DNA of 64,000 bases from Eledone cirrhosa (lineage: Eukaryota), in NCBI GenBank assembly GCA_964016885.1, contig OZ024757.1, positions 39,432,001-39,496,000 on the forward strand, written 5' to 3'. The notes under the pieces were generated by a model. It was given only the letters and a program-made list of their open reading frames with translations. It had not been told where the DNA came from and did not search any database. A program made the position numbers and the translations under genes. Shown in pieces: positions 26,354 through 42,056 of the stretch (positions within the stretch are counted from its first letter, which is position 1; each line of letters opens with the position of its first letter).

Positions 26354-26893
26354 CACCCAGACACATGAATTCATAAATTGGTAATAGTCATTTCCATATC
26401 TTTCGGATAGTAGAAGCTCAGTGAATAGGTTTTGTATTTAAAAGAAACCAGTTTAGTGAAGTGACTAGAAATAGTTACGCGAAAAAATGTTTCTAAATTC
26501 CCAAAGAAGCCATTTATTTTGTTGATATATTTTGTTTGCTATAGTTGCTGTGGTTTTAGTTATTGATGTTGCTTTTGCCGATGTTTGTTGTTGTTGCTGC
26601 TGCCGTTGATGTTGCTACTGTTTTTGTGGTTGATTAGCAACGACTGCAAACCTGAAGCAAACATACCAATGATTTTCCCCAAATATTTTCAGCTCTGATC
26701 AGCCCCGATAAGATTCCTTAAATAGAAATATATTGTTATGAGCCTCAGAAAGGGGAAGTGTTTCAAGAACTCCTAAACTCTTATTCTACCGTAATTTAGT
26801 ATACAACTATATCATCAGGTGGTAATTGCAGAAATAGTTACATTACTAAAGAGCCTAACACGAATAGTATACACACACACACACACGCACACG

Positions 26894-27056
<163 letters not shown>

Positions 27057-27425
27057 TTATTTATATATGTGTGTGTGTATATATATGTGTGTGTATATGT
27101 GTATGTATGTATGAATATATATATATATATATATATATTGGAGAGTAGTGCTCCCAATAAAAACACACGCACATGTTGGGTTTCACTTCAATTTATTATA
27201 AATTTCGTTGGATGGATCGATGGTTCGATAACCGTATAGTTGTTTATATATTGTCAAAGCTCGTTTGTCACACATTCTGTGACAGACGAGCTTCAGTGAC
27301 TGGGTTTTATTTTGTGTTTCTACTTTGTATATATATATATACATATATAAATATATTTATATATACATATATATATACATATATAAATATATTTATATAT
27401 ACATATATATATACATATATAAATA

Positions 27426-27501
<76 letters not shown>

Positions 27502-27853
27502 AACACACACAGGTATGTGTACGTATATACAGATCGAAGTTGAGACGGAGGCAGTAAATGAAAACGACATGTAAGGTGTATGAAGTCGTATAATAAATAA
27601 TAAAAAGATAATTCCTTTGGGCGTTCTCTTATAAAATTAAAGAATCATATACTCACCTTAAAGATTACTTTTTCTCTCGAATGTAAGTCATTTGTATGTA
27701 TATATATGCGCGCGCGTGTGTGTGTGTGTAGTATACGAAGAAATGTGTGTATCTGATCAAACGCTATATAATTAAATAAATAAATATATCACAAAAAAAT
27801 GATAATATCAAATACAATACAATTAAAGAATGTCTGAATTAAAATGATGTTAA

Positions 27854-27912
<59 letters not shown>

Positions 27913-28298
27913 ATACACACACACATATATGTATATATATGTATATATATACATATATATATATATATTAAAGTATAAATATATATTATTAAAGTTCACC
28001 ATTGAATTAAACAAAAAAAATACCAGATCATGAAAGAGCTTTTGGTGAGAAGAAGACAACAAGAAAAAAAAAGAAGATAAAAATACAAAAGATAAACCAA
28101 AGATAAAAATACAACAGAAGAAAATAAACAACAAACGAAAAAATTGGTGATGAAGCTGTAAGAATATATAGGTACATTAAAAATATTTCCTGGGGGCTGT
28201 CTTCTAAGTAAATGTTATATGAACATATACACATAAGAACACAACAACACTCGAGAGCACACAGGCTCGAAATACTTTGACATGTATATGGGTATATA

Positions 28299-28353
<55 letters not shown>

Positions 28354-28606
28354 TATCCACCGTGTGAGAGAGTAAAGATGGTAGGGAATCTGATTCAGAT
28401 GTGTACAACTCTATCACATGGTACACACACACACACACACACACACACATCTATATATGTATATATAGAGACATATTATATATATATATAATGCCGAAAG
28501 GCATCGAAGTTTAATATGGAAGTGTGACTATTTCGCATTGGCATTAGTACATTGGGGAATGTATATATATAACACACACACACCCACACACACACACATA
28601 TATATA

Positions 28607-28820
28607 GAAATAATAATAAATTTAAAGACTAAAATCCAAAGAGTGCTCGATAAGGATAAATATGTAACAAATATATAAGAACCGTAGAGTAAATATTTAT
28701 TAAAATAACAGATTAAAGTTTAATCAAAGAATCGCTGCTTTCACCCTTAACAGAAGATCCCGTTAAGGGTGAAAGCAGCAATTCTTTGCTTAAACTTTAA
28801 TCTGTTATTTTAATAAATAA
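28607..28820. mobile_element. CAGAAGA-HHR family hairpin element
   Basis: Tail + arm, turn at 28750/28751, inverted arm ending TTTTAATAAATA before (TA)n. Confidence 0.8.
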
Positions 28821-28875
28821 ATATATATATATATATATAAATATATACATTATATATATATATATATATATACAT

Positions 28876-28906
<31 letters not shown>

Positions 28907-29000
28907 ATTTATATATATAGATATATATATAATGTATATATATACATTATATACATACATATATATATATATGTATATACATTATATACATACATATATG

Positions 29001-29037
<37 letters not shown>

Positions 29038-29041
29038 GCAT

Positions 29042-29083
<42 letters not shown>

Positions 29084-29303
29084 TTATATACATACATATA
29101 TATATATATATATATACATTCATTATATACATACAGACACATATATATATATATACATTATATACATATATATATATATATATATATACATTATATACAT
29201 ATATATATATATATATATACATTATATACATATATATATATATATATATGCATTATATACATATATATATATATATATATATACATACATTATATACATA
29301 CAT

Positions 29304-29347
<44 letters not shown>

Positions 29348-29379
29348 TATATACATTATATACATATATATATATATAC

Positions 29380-29412
<33 letters not shown>

Positions 29413-29424
29413 CATTATATACAT

Positions 29425-29455
<31 letters not shown>

Positions 29456-29470
29456 TATATACATATATAC

Positions 29471-29507
<37 letters not shown>

Positions 29508-29525
29508 CCTTATATACATAATATA

Positions 29526-29565
<40 letters not shown>

Positions 29566-29575
29566 CATTATATAC

Positions 29576-29704
<129 letters not shown>

Positions 29705-29864
29705 CATTATATACATACATATATATATATATATATATACTGGATAACAGGTTATCGTTATCAGGCGTATAGCGAACTCTAGGCCTGCCAGATCAAGGAA
29801 ACAATTGTTAGCAACGTGAATAAAGCTCTTCTTGTATAGCGAACCATGTTAACCTGATTTCTTG

Positions 29865-29925
<61 letters not shown>

Positions 29926-30062
29926 CATATACATATATATTCGTCAGAGTCAGGTTCGATCTATAATTGGTCTTGCCTCGAGCTGATAAATTGTGAAACA
30001 TATGTAATATGTTATTAAATATGGTATGATGCAACACTGAAATCTTGTCCCTTATCTTTATA

Positions 30063-30159
<97 letters not shown>

Positions 30160-30176
30160 GCATATATATATATATA

Positions 30177-30210
<34 letters not shown>

Positions 30211-30324
30211 CACATATATATATATATATATATCATATATATATATATAGCATATATATATATATATATATATAGCATATATATATATATATATATATAG
30301 CATATATATATATATATATATATA

Positions 30325-30392
<68 letters not shown>

Positions 30393-30396
<4 letters not shown>

Positions 30397-30585
30397 CAAA
30401 TGAATTGTGGTAAGGAACCACATGGACCATAACGCACCAGAGTACTCGATACTTAGTGTAGTAGAGTGGGAAATAGGAAAAAGTATGACCCCGACGGCAG
30501 AGCTCCAGCCGTTTCGACGGCTATTTCCAGAAATAGCCGTCGAAACGGCTTGAGCTCTGCCGTCGGGGTCTTACTTTTTCCTATA
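30393..30585. mobile_element. TTTTCCTA-ending HHR family hairpin element
   Basis: Tail + arm, turn near 30528, inverted arm to TTTTTCCTA(TA)n. Confidence 0.85.
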
Positions 30586-30688
30586 TATATATATAAAGGG
30601 AGAGAGAGAGAGAGAGAGATAGAGAGAGGGGGGAAAGAGAGTGTGTGTGTGGCCCTGATTATGCCGTCGAGTGTTGGGAACATGTCAA

Positions 30689-30741
<53 letters not shown>

Positions 30742-31187
30742 AAAGAATAGAAGTGTAACACACGAGTTGTGATATATTGGTAAAAGGAAAAGTAAATGCT
30801 GACAAATTGTTCCCGGTGAAAAATAGTTTAATTAGGAATAAGTAAAAATTAGTAATAAGTATTGGCTTGTATCCAGTTTTTGTTTTAAGTTTTTACCGGT
30901 ATATATGCCGGTCTAATTAGAAACATATATATTCACGATGGAACTCAAGTAAATGCATCGTGAAAGAATGGTAAATGCATTGTATTCTCCCAATTCTTTA
31001 AACAAAATAAGGAGTTCAGTCATGCTTCCAATTTGGTAGCTCCTCACAAATTGGTTCGTGATCAGTTGTCTAATTATATATGGTAAAATAATGGAATGTG
31101 CCTTGTTTTGTAGTCTTAGGTATATCTGCAAATTGTTGCTATATATTTCATTTTATAATTATTGTTAGCTTGAATCTATCTATCTAA

Positions 31188-31254
<67 letters not shown>

Positions 31255-31295
31255 ACTCACTCACTCACTCACTCACTCTCACTCACTCACTCTCA

Positions 31296-31332
<37 letters not shown>

Positions 31333-31471
31333 ATATATAAGTATGTACAAATTTATATCCCTCTTTCTTTATATATTGTGTGTGTCGTGTTTTCATTGTT
31401 CTATACGCAAACACATAAAAACACACTCACACATATATATATATAATATATATACATACACATAAATATAT

Positions 31472-31564
<93 letters not shown>

Positions 31565-31948
31565 CATATATATACATAGGTACATATGTGTTTATGTATG
31601 CAGGTCTACCGTTATCACTGATGTACATGATGGATTGTTTGGGGGAAACAATTATTACAGCTTTTCCTCCATATTTTGTCATTATGATGAGTGCGTGTGT
31701 GTGTGTGTATGTGTTTGTAGTTTTCTGTGTATGAGTGTATGTCGGTTTGTGTGTTTGTTTATGCGTGTGCTTATCTCTATGAGTGTGTTTGTGTATGTGT
31801 AGGTTTTCTTTTTTCTAAAGTAATTTATTGTCAGAGTCACAAAAACACAAATAAAGAAAATTATTATATGTCAATTTAGATAATATATTTTATAATTGAA
31901 ACGAAGAAACGAAGGACAATGTTAGAATACTGACTATAATATAAATAT

Positions 31949-31997
<49 letters not shown>

Positions 31998-32081
31998 TAT
32001 ACATACAAACATGTATCATTTATTTATTTTATTAAACATTGTGTTAGAATATTGAATGGGGAATACATATACATACATATG

Positions 32082-32153
<72 letters not shown>

Positions 32154-32249
32154 ACCTAACCTTACATATTATGAGTATGGAAGCGGAAAGGAATTATCCA
32201 TAATGAAATAATAAATTATGAATTAAAATGCGTTGTAAGGCAATTACAA

Positions 32250-32338
<89 letters not shown>

Positions 32339-33073
32339 TATAGAGAGAGAGAGAGATAGAGAGAGAGAGAGATACATGCATATTTATTTACACGTACATA
32401 TTCAAACACAAAATCCCATCAAACGAACACTTCCATATTTTTATATAGACGTTCCATAACACTCTTTAACAACCATATATACACATGTTTCCATGGAGAT
32501 ATACACTATCTCACATCATCATACATCGCAATCGATACATCCATTGTAATTGTTTTCATGTAAATGAAGTCTCTATGCCTGTGTTCAGGCATTTTATATA
32601 CGTATGTATATAAGTGTGTATATATATATACATACGTTAGCTTGTGGGAATTCCTGTAAGATGAATAGCCATACACATATATATTATCGTTTTTTTGTTT
32701 ATACTTTGACAATGTGTAATCTTTTCATTTCGGAAAGGACATTGTCTAGATTTTATTTGCAACTCACGGATAATGAAGATAATGTAATATAAACATCTAT
32801 TTGATGGAAAAATAGAAATAAGATAACATATAAAAAGTATGTTCTATGAGAAACTGAACGGAATTCTAAATAACAACGTAATATACGTATCATTGACCCA
32901 ACGTTATATATATGTATATATATATATATTAATGAGTTAAACAAGATTCAATGAGTACATCAAAGAATAAATTTTACAGTAGATTGGAAGCACTCTACAG
33001 TTAAAAAAATTTCCAGATTTATTAATATTAAAATACAAATATTAATAAAATAGATATTCTTTTGATCAATTAA

Positions 33074-33126
33074 ATTTTATTATACATATTTCAGTGGTAC
33101 AGCAGTACGTCCTCATCAGACAAAAT
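33074..33126 (-). ncRNA. Minimal type-I HHR, canonical core
   Basis: ATTTTGT-CTGATGA-ggacGTACtgctGTACcact-GAAA-tatgta-TA-ATAAAAT; 7-bp stem I; lies in a TA-flanked element 32930-33222. Confidence 0.7.
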
Positions 33127-33216
33127 ATAATGATACATGACATACTCTGAGATGTTAAATGGTTAAGATTTAATCAAGGTAGTCATTAATGTTATTAATA
33201 GTTATTAATATTTGTA

Positions 33217-33255
<39 letters not shown>

Positions 33256-33436
33256 TGGCGGACTGAGTCTAAAAGAATTGGTTGCCAGGAGATGAAAGGG
33301 GCCCCACCTACATATAGAATGCTATCATTTAATTTTTATAATGAATAAATAACATTTCAAAAAATACACAAGTGGAAACAAAACAGTGCAATCAAATTTT
33401 ACAGAAAAATATCTTACCTTCTCCAATAAAAATAAT

Positions 33437-33503
<67 letters not shown>

Positions 33504-34020
33504 CCTCATTTCGTGGATCGTGGGTTGTCTCCTCTTCCCGCTTCGTGTCGCTATGATACTTCCTCAGTCAAAAACTGCTGGAATTTCAAATTTGGCGGTC
33601 ATTCGAGGTGAGAGAGAGCAACTTTACGGACATGATTTTTGACAGCGGTAAGAAATTGTTTTCTTATATCAATGTTTAACGGGCTTCCACTGATGATTTA
33701 TAAGTGCCCACCTAAATATATTCTTACATGAATATATATTAGGCTTCTACATAAACTGGAAACATTCTCCCAAACTTGTAGAAAACTTATAATGAAACAA
33801 TTGTTTGGAAAGAGAGATATACTTTAACTTTAATTATATCTCATAAAATAATACAACTGGTTTTTCCACATTATACATATTGTTAGCACCCCAAACACTT
33901 AAATTGGGTTTATATTTTAATATAACCTAATGTTTGTTGAGTGAGATGGTTACCAGTCAGAGTTTAGCTTTAAACTATCTCTGTTATTGTATTAAATATA
34001 TATATATATATATATATATT

Positions 34021-34095
34021 GAGGTTCAGAAGATCCCGTTAAGGGTGAAAGCAGCGATTCTTTGCTTAAACTTTAATCTGTTATTTTAATAAATA
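34021..34095 (+). mobile_element. Solo arm of the CAGAAGA-HHR family
   Basis: Matches 39953-40021; a shorter piece is at 24976-25027. Confidence 0.8.
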
Positions 34096-34160
34096 TATAT
34101 ATATATATATATATATTTATTTATATATAGTTCTCTCTCTCTCTATACATATATATATAT

Positions 34161-34309
34161 ATAACAAAGGAATTGTGGTAAGGAACCACATGGACCATAA
34201 CGCACCAGAGTACTCAATGCTTAGGGTAGTACAGTGGGAAATAGGAAAAAGTATGACCCCGTCGGCAGAGCTCAAGCCGTTTCGACGGCTATATCTGGCC
34301 TTACTTTTT

Positions 34310-34313
<4 letters not shown>
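34161..34313 (-). mobile_element. TTTTCCTA-ending family copy with very short inverted arm
   Basis: Same tail as 30393; ends TTACTTTTTCCTA(TA)n. Confidence 0.8.
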
Positions 34314-34376
<63 letters not shown>

Positions 34377-34429
34377 CTCTATCTATATATATATCAATTT
34401 CTCTATATCTATCTATCTATCTATCTATC

Positions 34430-34727
34430 TATTTATCATCACCATTATCATCATCATCATTATCGACATCATCATCATCATCACCATTATCATCATCATC
34501 ATGATCATCACCATCACCATTATCATCATCACCACCACCACCACCACCATCACCATTATCATCATCATCACCACCACCATCATCACCATCATCATCATCA
34601 TCATCATCGACATCATCATCATCATCATAATCACCACCACCACCACCACCACCATCATCACCATCACCACCTCCGCCACCATCATCATCACCATTATCAT
34701 CAACATCACCATCATCATCACCATCAG
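34430..34727. repeat. Compound (CAT)n/(CAC)n microsatellite
   Basis: Directly visible. Confidence 0.9.
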
Positions 34728-34940
34728 TAGATATTCTTCCCGTCTTCCGGCTCTCATTCCTGCCCCTATATAAACGCCATTCCAACACACGAGACAATTG
34801 TAGACATTATATTACTGCTTGTGTGAAATTTCATTTCATCATTTCTTATTTTTGTCTTCAATCTCTAAACCTAAGTGATTTCTAATATTGTGTAGCAACC
34901 ATAACAACATCGTCATTATCGCCTACGTTCTTATTATCAT

Positions 34941-34993
<53 letters not shown>

Positions 34994-35154
34994 TCATTTA
35001 AGGTTCATGGGCGGTGGATTGGCCGTAAGGGCGGTGCATTGGCAGTATCGGTAGAGGGTCGGATGCCATGCTTTGCAGCATCCCTTTATGATCTGAGTTC
35101 AAATCCCGCCGAGGTTAACTCAATATAGAATTGCCGTGGATTATGTGAGCGGCA

Positions 35155-35740
35155 TATAATCGAAGAATACACTCCCCTGACCATGAAAATGTCGAAGTAC
35201 ATGAGGTCCTTGTCATCCCTTCGCTGTGAATCTCCAATACGCTTAATACTTTTAATGCTTGCACTATCTTTAATGCTTATATCTTTTCTCCACACACAGA
35301 CTATAACAATCATATAAAGAATTTCCCACCAGATCAACCAACCTAACACTCTTCTTTACCTACCTAAGTGCTCCTACCACACATATATCTCTCTGCCACA
35401 CTATATAAACAAGACGCACGTGCTTGCCACACATATAACATTTGCACTATATAACCGCTTATCTTCATGTTGTATTTTAACCTGTATTTTTGATTTTTGA
35501 TTTTTGATTGTACCTTTTATTATGAATGTAATCTCGAAGTGTGTACTGCCACTCTAAATGCTGTAATGAATGTTGACCCACAATATTTGCATATGTATCG
35601 GTATGTCTCTTGGCTGAAAAGGAGGTCATATAACTGTCCAATCATTAATAAATTGCTCCGAAGAATCCAAACCTCGGTTTGGAGGAAACAGCTGTAAGCA
35701 CAATAATGTTTTGAACAGTTCTTTGATTCTTATATTTCAT
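35155..35740 (+). mobile_element. PLE-like 3' segment, paralog of 41420-42002
   Basis: Colinear with the loop and right arm of the 1-kb palindrome; HHR at 35654-35700. Confidence 0.8.
35654..35700 (+). ncRNA. Minimal type-I HHR, C4 core (CCGAAGA)
   Basis: TGCT-CCGAAGA-aTCCAAACctcgGTTTGGAg-GAAA-cagctg-TA-AGCA. Confidence 0.72.
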
Positions 35741-35856
35741 ATATATATATATATATATATGAGCTATATGCAGAAGCGAAAACCAACCAAACAGTGAGTG
35801 TGTTCTGTTATTATTTCTGGCAATATTATTACAACTATATGACCCTCCCCAAGTAT

Positions 35857-35916
<60 letters not shown>

Positions 35917-36435
35917 TGTGTGTGTGTGGGAAAACACAAACACACACACACATACAAAAGCATATACACAAATACACACAAAAGTGAGATCAGTTACGAG
36001 AGAAAGATATTAGTTAAATCGGATAAATATTGTATGAGGAAAAAATACCTCAAATAGACTAAGAGACAGAGAGAGATAGAAAGAATATAAAATATCTATT
36101 CTGTAATATGTCACTAGAATAGACGTATATATTAGAAGTTTAGAAATGGTAAATAGCAGAAACCTTACAACCATTCACTGTGATTAGATTGTGAATCCTT
36201 AATATAATATTCTGCCGAATTTCGAAGTTAATTTCAAGTTTAGATAAATGAAGTCAGTCTTCCATAAATTAACTATAAACCGATGCTTTGGTATGGTGTG
36301 TCTTGTTGTTTACTGTCTCAGCTCTGTTGGATGACGACGCTTATGTATATTATGTATGCCTTAGTTTAATGGTGGTCTGTCTGTATGTATGAATGTATGT
36401 ATATATGTAGCTATGTATGTATATATGTATGTATC

Positions 36436-36469
<34 letters not shown>

Positions 36470-36515
36470 TGTATGTATGTATGTATGTATGTATGTATGT
36501 ATGTATATATGTAGC

Positions 36516-36549
<34 letters not shown>

Positions 36550-36686
36550 TGTATGTATGTATGTATGTATGTATGTATGTATGTAGCTATGTATGTATGT
36601 ATGTATGTATATGATGAAATTAGAAAGTATGTATATGTATGTGTGTGTAGGTAAGTTTAGTTACGTACGACCGCACTGATACATTC

Positions 36687-36758
<72 letters not shown>

Positions 36759-37088
36759 ATACAGACGGCATATTCTTCAATCTATATATACACATACAAT
36801 GTGAGGGTGTGTGATGAAATTTAAAGAAAATATAGGTATTGATAGACATAATTGTTCACACCTCAAGGATATGATTAAGAATATATGACCATTATATGAA
36901 AATAAATGGAACACTTAACTTTATGAGGTTATTAACGTTGTAAATCAACTAACGAAGCATGTGGACATACGTATTATGTTGTTGTATGTGCGTGTGTAGT
37001 CTTAGCATGCTACGTATACAACCTTTTTATTCTATCTACTTTGATCTACTTAGCTATATATAGATATATATATACACGCACAAACACA

Positions 37089-37138
<50 letters not shown>

Positions 37139-37182
37139 CACACACACCTGGTTCTTTCTCTCATTTTATATATCGATGCATA

Positions 37183-37216
<34 letters not shown>

Positions 37217-37268
37217 ATGTATTTATTTATATATATATATATATATATGTATACATATATATATACGT

Positions 37269-37393
<125 letters not shown>

Positions 37394-37753
37394 CATGTGT
37401 GTATGTGTGTGTGTATGTGTATTCATGAGTGTGTGTGAGCGTAAGCTCGTGTATGTGCATCTTAAAAGTTTACTAGTGTAGCTCGTGTGATGTTGAATAA
37501 TCGAGGGATCGATCAAAAATGACTGGCGCCTTGTAAATATTAAACATATCTACACACACACACACTTACACACACACGTATACACACACACTCACTCATA
37601 TATATATATATATATATATCATTTTATGGAAGGATTTTTCATCTGAATGTATGTAAAAATGTCCACAAGCTATTCAAAATGGCTCTACGACGGTCTTCAG
37701 TAGGTAATGTCAAATATTTTAAACTTTCAGTTAATCCCCCTGAGGCAAAATAT

Positions 37754-37814
<61 letters not shown>

Positions 37815-37817
37815 ATA

Positions 37818-37903
<86 letters not shown>

Positions 37904-38093
37904 AATATATGTATGAATATATATATGAATTAAAAGTGAGAAAGGTGGTGTGTGGATACCAATAAATATTGTTTCGAAAACTTAAGAGAATCACAAACAT
38001 AAGGACAATTGCCGCTCTTCTGCTGTCTGCTGTGTGTCGCTCGCATTGAAGAGAATACATCTCACCACAGGCGTTAATAACTACGAGGAATTG

Positions 38094-38136
<43 letters not shown>

Positions 38137-38378
38137 CAGAAACGGAAGTCATGTCAGGGTGTAAATGATTAACTCTTGTGTTATCATGTATGTATTTATG
38201 TATGAATACCCGTCACACTCATACATTCTGCAGTTCTGAACACATCCTATGCCGGAGTGTGTTTTACTCCTTGTTAAGATTGTGTATCCTGATCGTTCAT
38301 CCTTACGGGGTCGATAAAATAAAGTACCAGTAATGTACTGGTTAATTGCTGGTCTTGTGCCATATGTAGAAACAATTA

Positions 38379-38417
<39 letters not shown>

Positions 38418-39403
38418 CTCAGGAATACTCTTACATAAAAATATGTTGCAATGTTTTAATGTAAGGAAAGAAGAAACACAGTTTCATACGTTAGAAGCAC
38501 AAGCAATTTCAGACTGTTTCATTGGTTAAAAAAAAATCAAAACGAGCAGCGTGATAAAATAAACGACAGCCAATCATATATAAACATTTTGGGTGTTTAG
38601 ATTTTAACGTGTAAAAATAAAAGGATATATATTATCAGTATAGCGCCATAAACTATGAAGAAAGATGGCCATGTAGTTAGAGTAGGAATATTATATTGTT
38701 GTGTACATTAACAAGACAATGTATGATTAAGTAAAAAGAAGATAACACTGCAAACACGTGACATGTGGCTGAAAATAAATGGCTGGTCGGTGAATTATGT
38801 TTGACAGGGCGGTAACATAGAATGCTATGAAAGGTATGTAAACAATTTAGATCGCATAGAAATGTTGCAGACATTTTCTGATGAATTTAGAGCAAATGGA
38901 ATTTTGTCACCGGAAAAAAAGAAGAAAAAAAAGTATGATTGTCTTCTTGGTTCTCTGTAGATGAGGTTTTAAGAAGCATTCTTCAGTTGTCGTTTGTATC
39001 GGGTTAAATCTAATCCCGAGAGAACGATCTGTCAAGATGGAGCGAGCTAGTTCTTAATAGAAATAAATCGCCACATGTTAAAAGATCTTTGGTATTAGCA
39101 TGTCGATGAGTCATTTATCAGAGTAACTATATTAAATATTCCAGCACACAGCTATCGAGGAAAACACTGTCAGAAGGCTGTGTGGGCTTTGTCTGAATAA
39201 AACCACATCTGGAATCGAAAATATAGTTTTCGGTGAAAAGTTTGTTGATTTTATAATATTTCTCTTCCTAGGTAATGGGAAACGAAAAGAAAAGTCCTTT
39301 AATTCCTGAGAAATTAGATAGACGCCATCTTTAATCATGGCGTATAGTTAGAATTTAAACCTACTAGAGGACACAAATCTCCAGGACTGGTTTCTTCCAG
39401 AGA

Positions 39404-39492
<89 letters not shown>

Positions 39493-39670
39493 TGAGAGAG
39501 AGAGAGGAAAAGAAAAAGTGATAAAGAGATATAGAGCAAGGATCAACACCAGTACTACATTGGTACATTTTTTATCGTCTGCTAAAGAAGGATGATAGAA
39601 TGGATGTGTCCGTGTTTTTCTTCTATGTCAGGTGTGCTCAGATTTTGAATTATTATATATATCTACAAGT

Positions 39671-40054
<384 letters not shown>

Positions 40055-40073
40055 CAAATATATATATATACAT

Positions 40074-40150
<77 letters not shown>

Positions 40151-40155
<5 letters not shown>

Positions 40156-40430
40156 AAAAAATTATGAAATCGAAAATGCAACTGGAGTCTTATTTAAAAA
40201 AATATATTTTTATCACATCTGATGTGAGAAAAACCACAGACCTTCCATCTCAACTCTACTTTTGAAAAGCAGAAGAACTGCGAAACCGGTAAAGGGACCA
40301 AATAAATATATTTTTTTAAAAATAAGACTCCAGTTGCATTTTCGATTTCATCCTTTTTTCTTTATACTTTCACTCGTGTAGGACACCTCGGTTATTTCTC
40401 ATTTTGTAAAAAAACCTCACTTTCTAATAA

Positions 40431-40437
<7 letters not shown>
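40151..40437. mobile_element. TA-flanked hairpin element with U3-A8 HHR
   Basis: Arms 40151-40212 and 40302-40365, tail to 40437. Confidence 0.75.
40259..40294 (+). ncRNA. Minimal type-I HHR, U3-A8 core
   Basis: CTT-TTGAAAA-GCAGaagaaCTGC-GAAA-ccgg-TA-AAG. Confidence 0.55.
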
Positions 40438-40506
<69 letters not shown>

Positions 40507-40509
40507 GCA

Positions 40510-40777
40510 TACAAGTCTCCCAAAAGTCAGCTCGACAGAGACACAGAGGAGACTGAGGTTAGCTGGACATGCTGACTGACATTTAGAGTTGACACTAGAT
40601 TCAGTGGTCCTGGGGCGGCCCCTACGAAAACACACTTGAAGACGGAGACCGAGGAAGACATGTTGATGCCTTAAGGACAGACACTGGTCTCTGAGAGACG
40701 GAGGACATAGTGGCGATGATTTAGGATAGACCGTTGGAGAGAAATCGCTCATGAATTTAGGGAATTTTACCCACCTT

Positions 40778-40780
<3 letters not shown>
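40510..40780 (+). mobile_element. Degraded RTE-like LINE 3' fragment
   Basis: SLPKVSS..QRRLRLAGH..RRRPRKT/VDALRTDTGL with stops and frameshifts. Confidence 0.7.
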
Positions 40781-40837
<57 letters not shown>

Positions 40838-40841
<4 letters not shown>

Positions 40842-41998
40842 TTAGTTATACTATTTATGGTTATGTAAACACAAAACCTTAAGCAGTTGTAAGTATTTTA
40901 CACACACCCTAAATAGTGGTAGGCAGTAATGTATTACTACCTTATTACCAGTATGTTAAGTAGCTCAATGTAAAAACATCAGATGATTTACAGAGCAGTT
41001 ATATGAAATATAAGAATCAAAGAACTGTTCAAAACATTATTGTGCTTACAGCTGTTTCCTCCAAACCGAGGTTTGGATTCTTCGGAGCAATTTATTAATG
41101 CATGGACAGTTATATGACCTCCTTTTCAGCCGAGAGACATACCAATACATATTCAAACATTGTGGGTCAAAATTCATTACAAAATTTAGAGTGGCAGTAC
41201 ACACTTCGAGATTACATTTATATTAATAGGTACAATCAAAAATCAAAGATATAGGTTAAAGTACAACATGAAGATAAGTGGTTATATAGTGCAAATGTTA
41301 TATGTGTGGCACGCATGTGCGTCTTGTTTATATAGTGTGGCAGAGAGATATGTGTGGTAGAGGCACTTAGGTAGGTAAATAAGAGTGTTAGGTTGGTAGA
41401 TCTGGTGGCAAAGATCTGGTGGTAATAATCGAAATATACACTCCCTTGACCATGAAAATGCCGAAGTACATGAATTACGTGACATCCCTGCGTTGTGCAT
41501 CTCCAATACTTATAACACTTTTAATGCTTGCACTATCTTTAATGTTTATAATATTTCTCCACACACAGACTACATCAATCATATAAAGACTTTGCCACCA
41601 GATCTACCAACCTAACACTCTTATTTACCTACCTAAGTGCCTCTACCACACATATCTCTCTGCCACACTATATAAACAAGACGCACATGCGTGCCACACA
41701 TATAACATTTGCACTATATAACCACTTATCTTCATGTTGTACTTTAACCTATATCTTTGATTTTTGATTGTACCTATTAATATAAATGTAATCTCGAAGT
41801 GTGTACTGCCACTCTAAATTTTGTAATGAATGTTGACCCACAATGTTTGAATATGTATTGGTATGTCTCTCGGCTGAAAAGGAGGTCATATAACTGTCCA
41901 TGCATTAATAAATTGCTCCGAAGAATCCAAACCTCGGTTTGGAGGAAACAGCTGTAAGCACAATAATGTTTTGAACAGTTCTTTGATTCTTATATTTC

Positions 41999-42002
<4 letters not shown>
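40838..42002. mobile_element. PLE-like insertion forming a 1-kb palindrome (arms 41001-41413 and 41590-42002) with tail 40838-41000
   Basis: Arms complementary with one mismatch seen; C4 HHR in each arm (41043-41089 -, 41914-41960 +); (TA)n at both ends. Confidence 0.85.

Positions 42003-42056
<54 letters not shown>

Noticed and set aside
29970-30012. CTGATAA..GAAACATATGTA hammerhead candidate
   Set aside because: C3-A8 mismatch, no stem II and no stem I.
30913-31131. 72-aa non-repetitive minus ORF
   Set aside because: No recognisable domain or splice support; the length is within chance expectation.
34429-34797. Asp/Gly-rich (or His-rich) ORF resembling a structural protein
   Set aside because: Compound (CAT/CAC)n is open in several frames on both strands, with no supported splice or start context.
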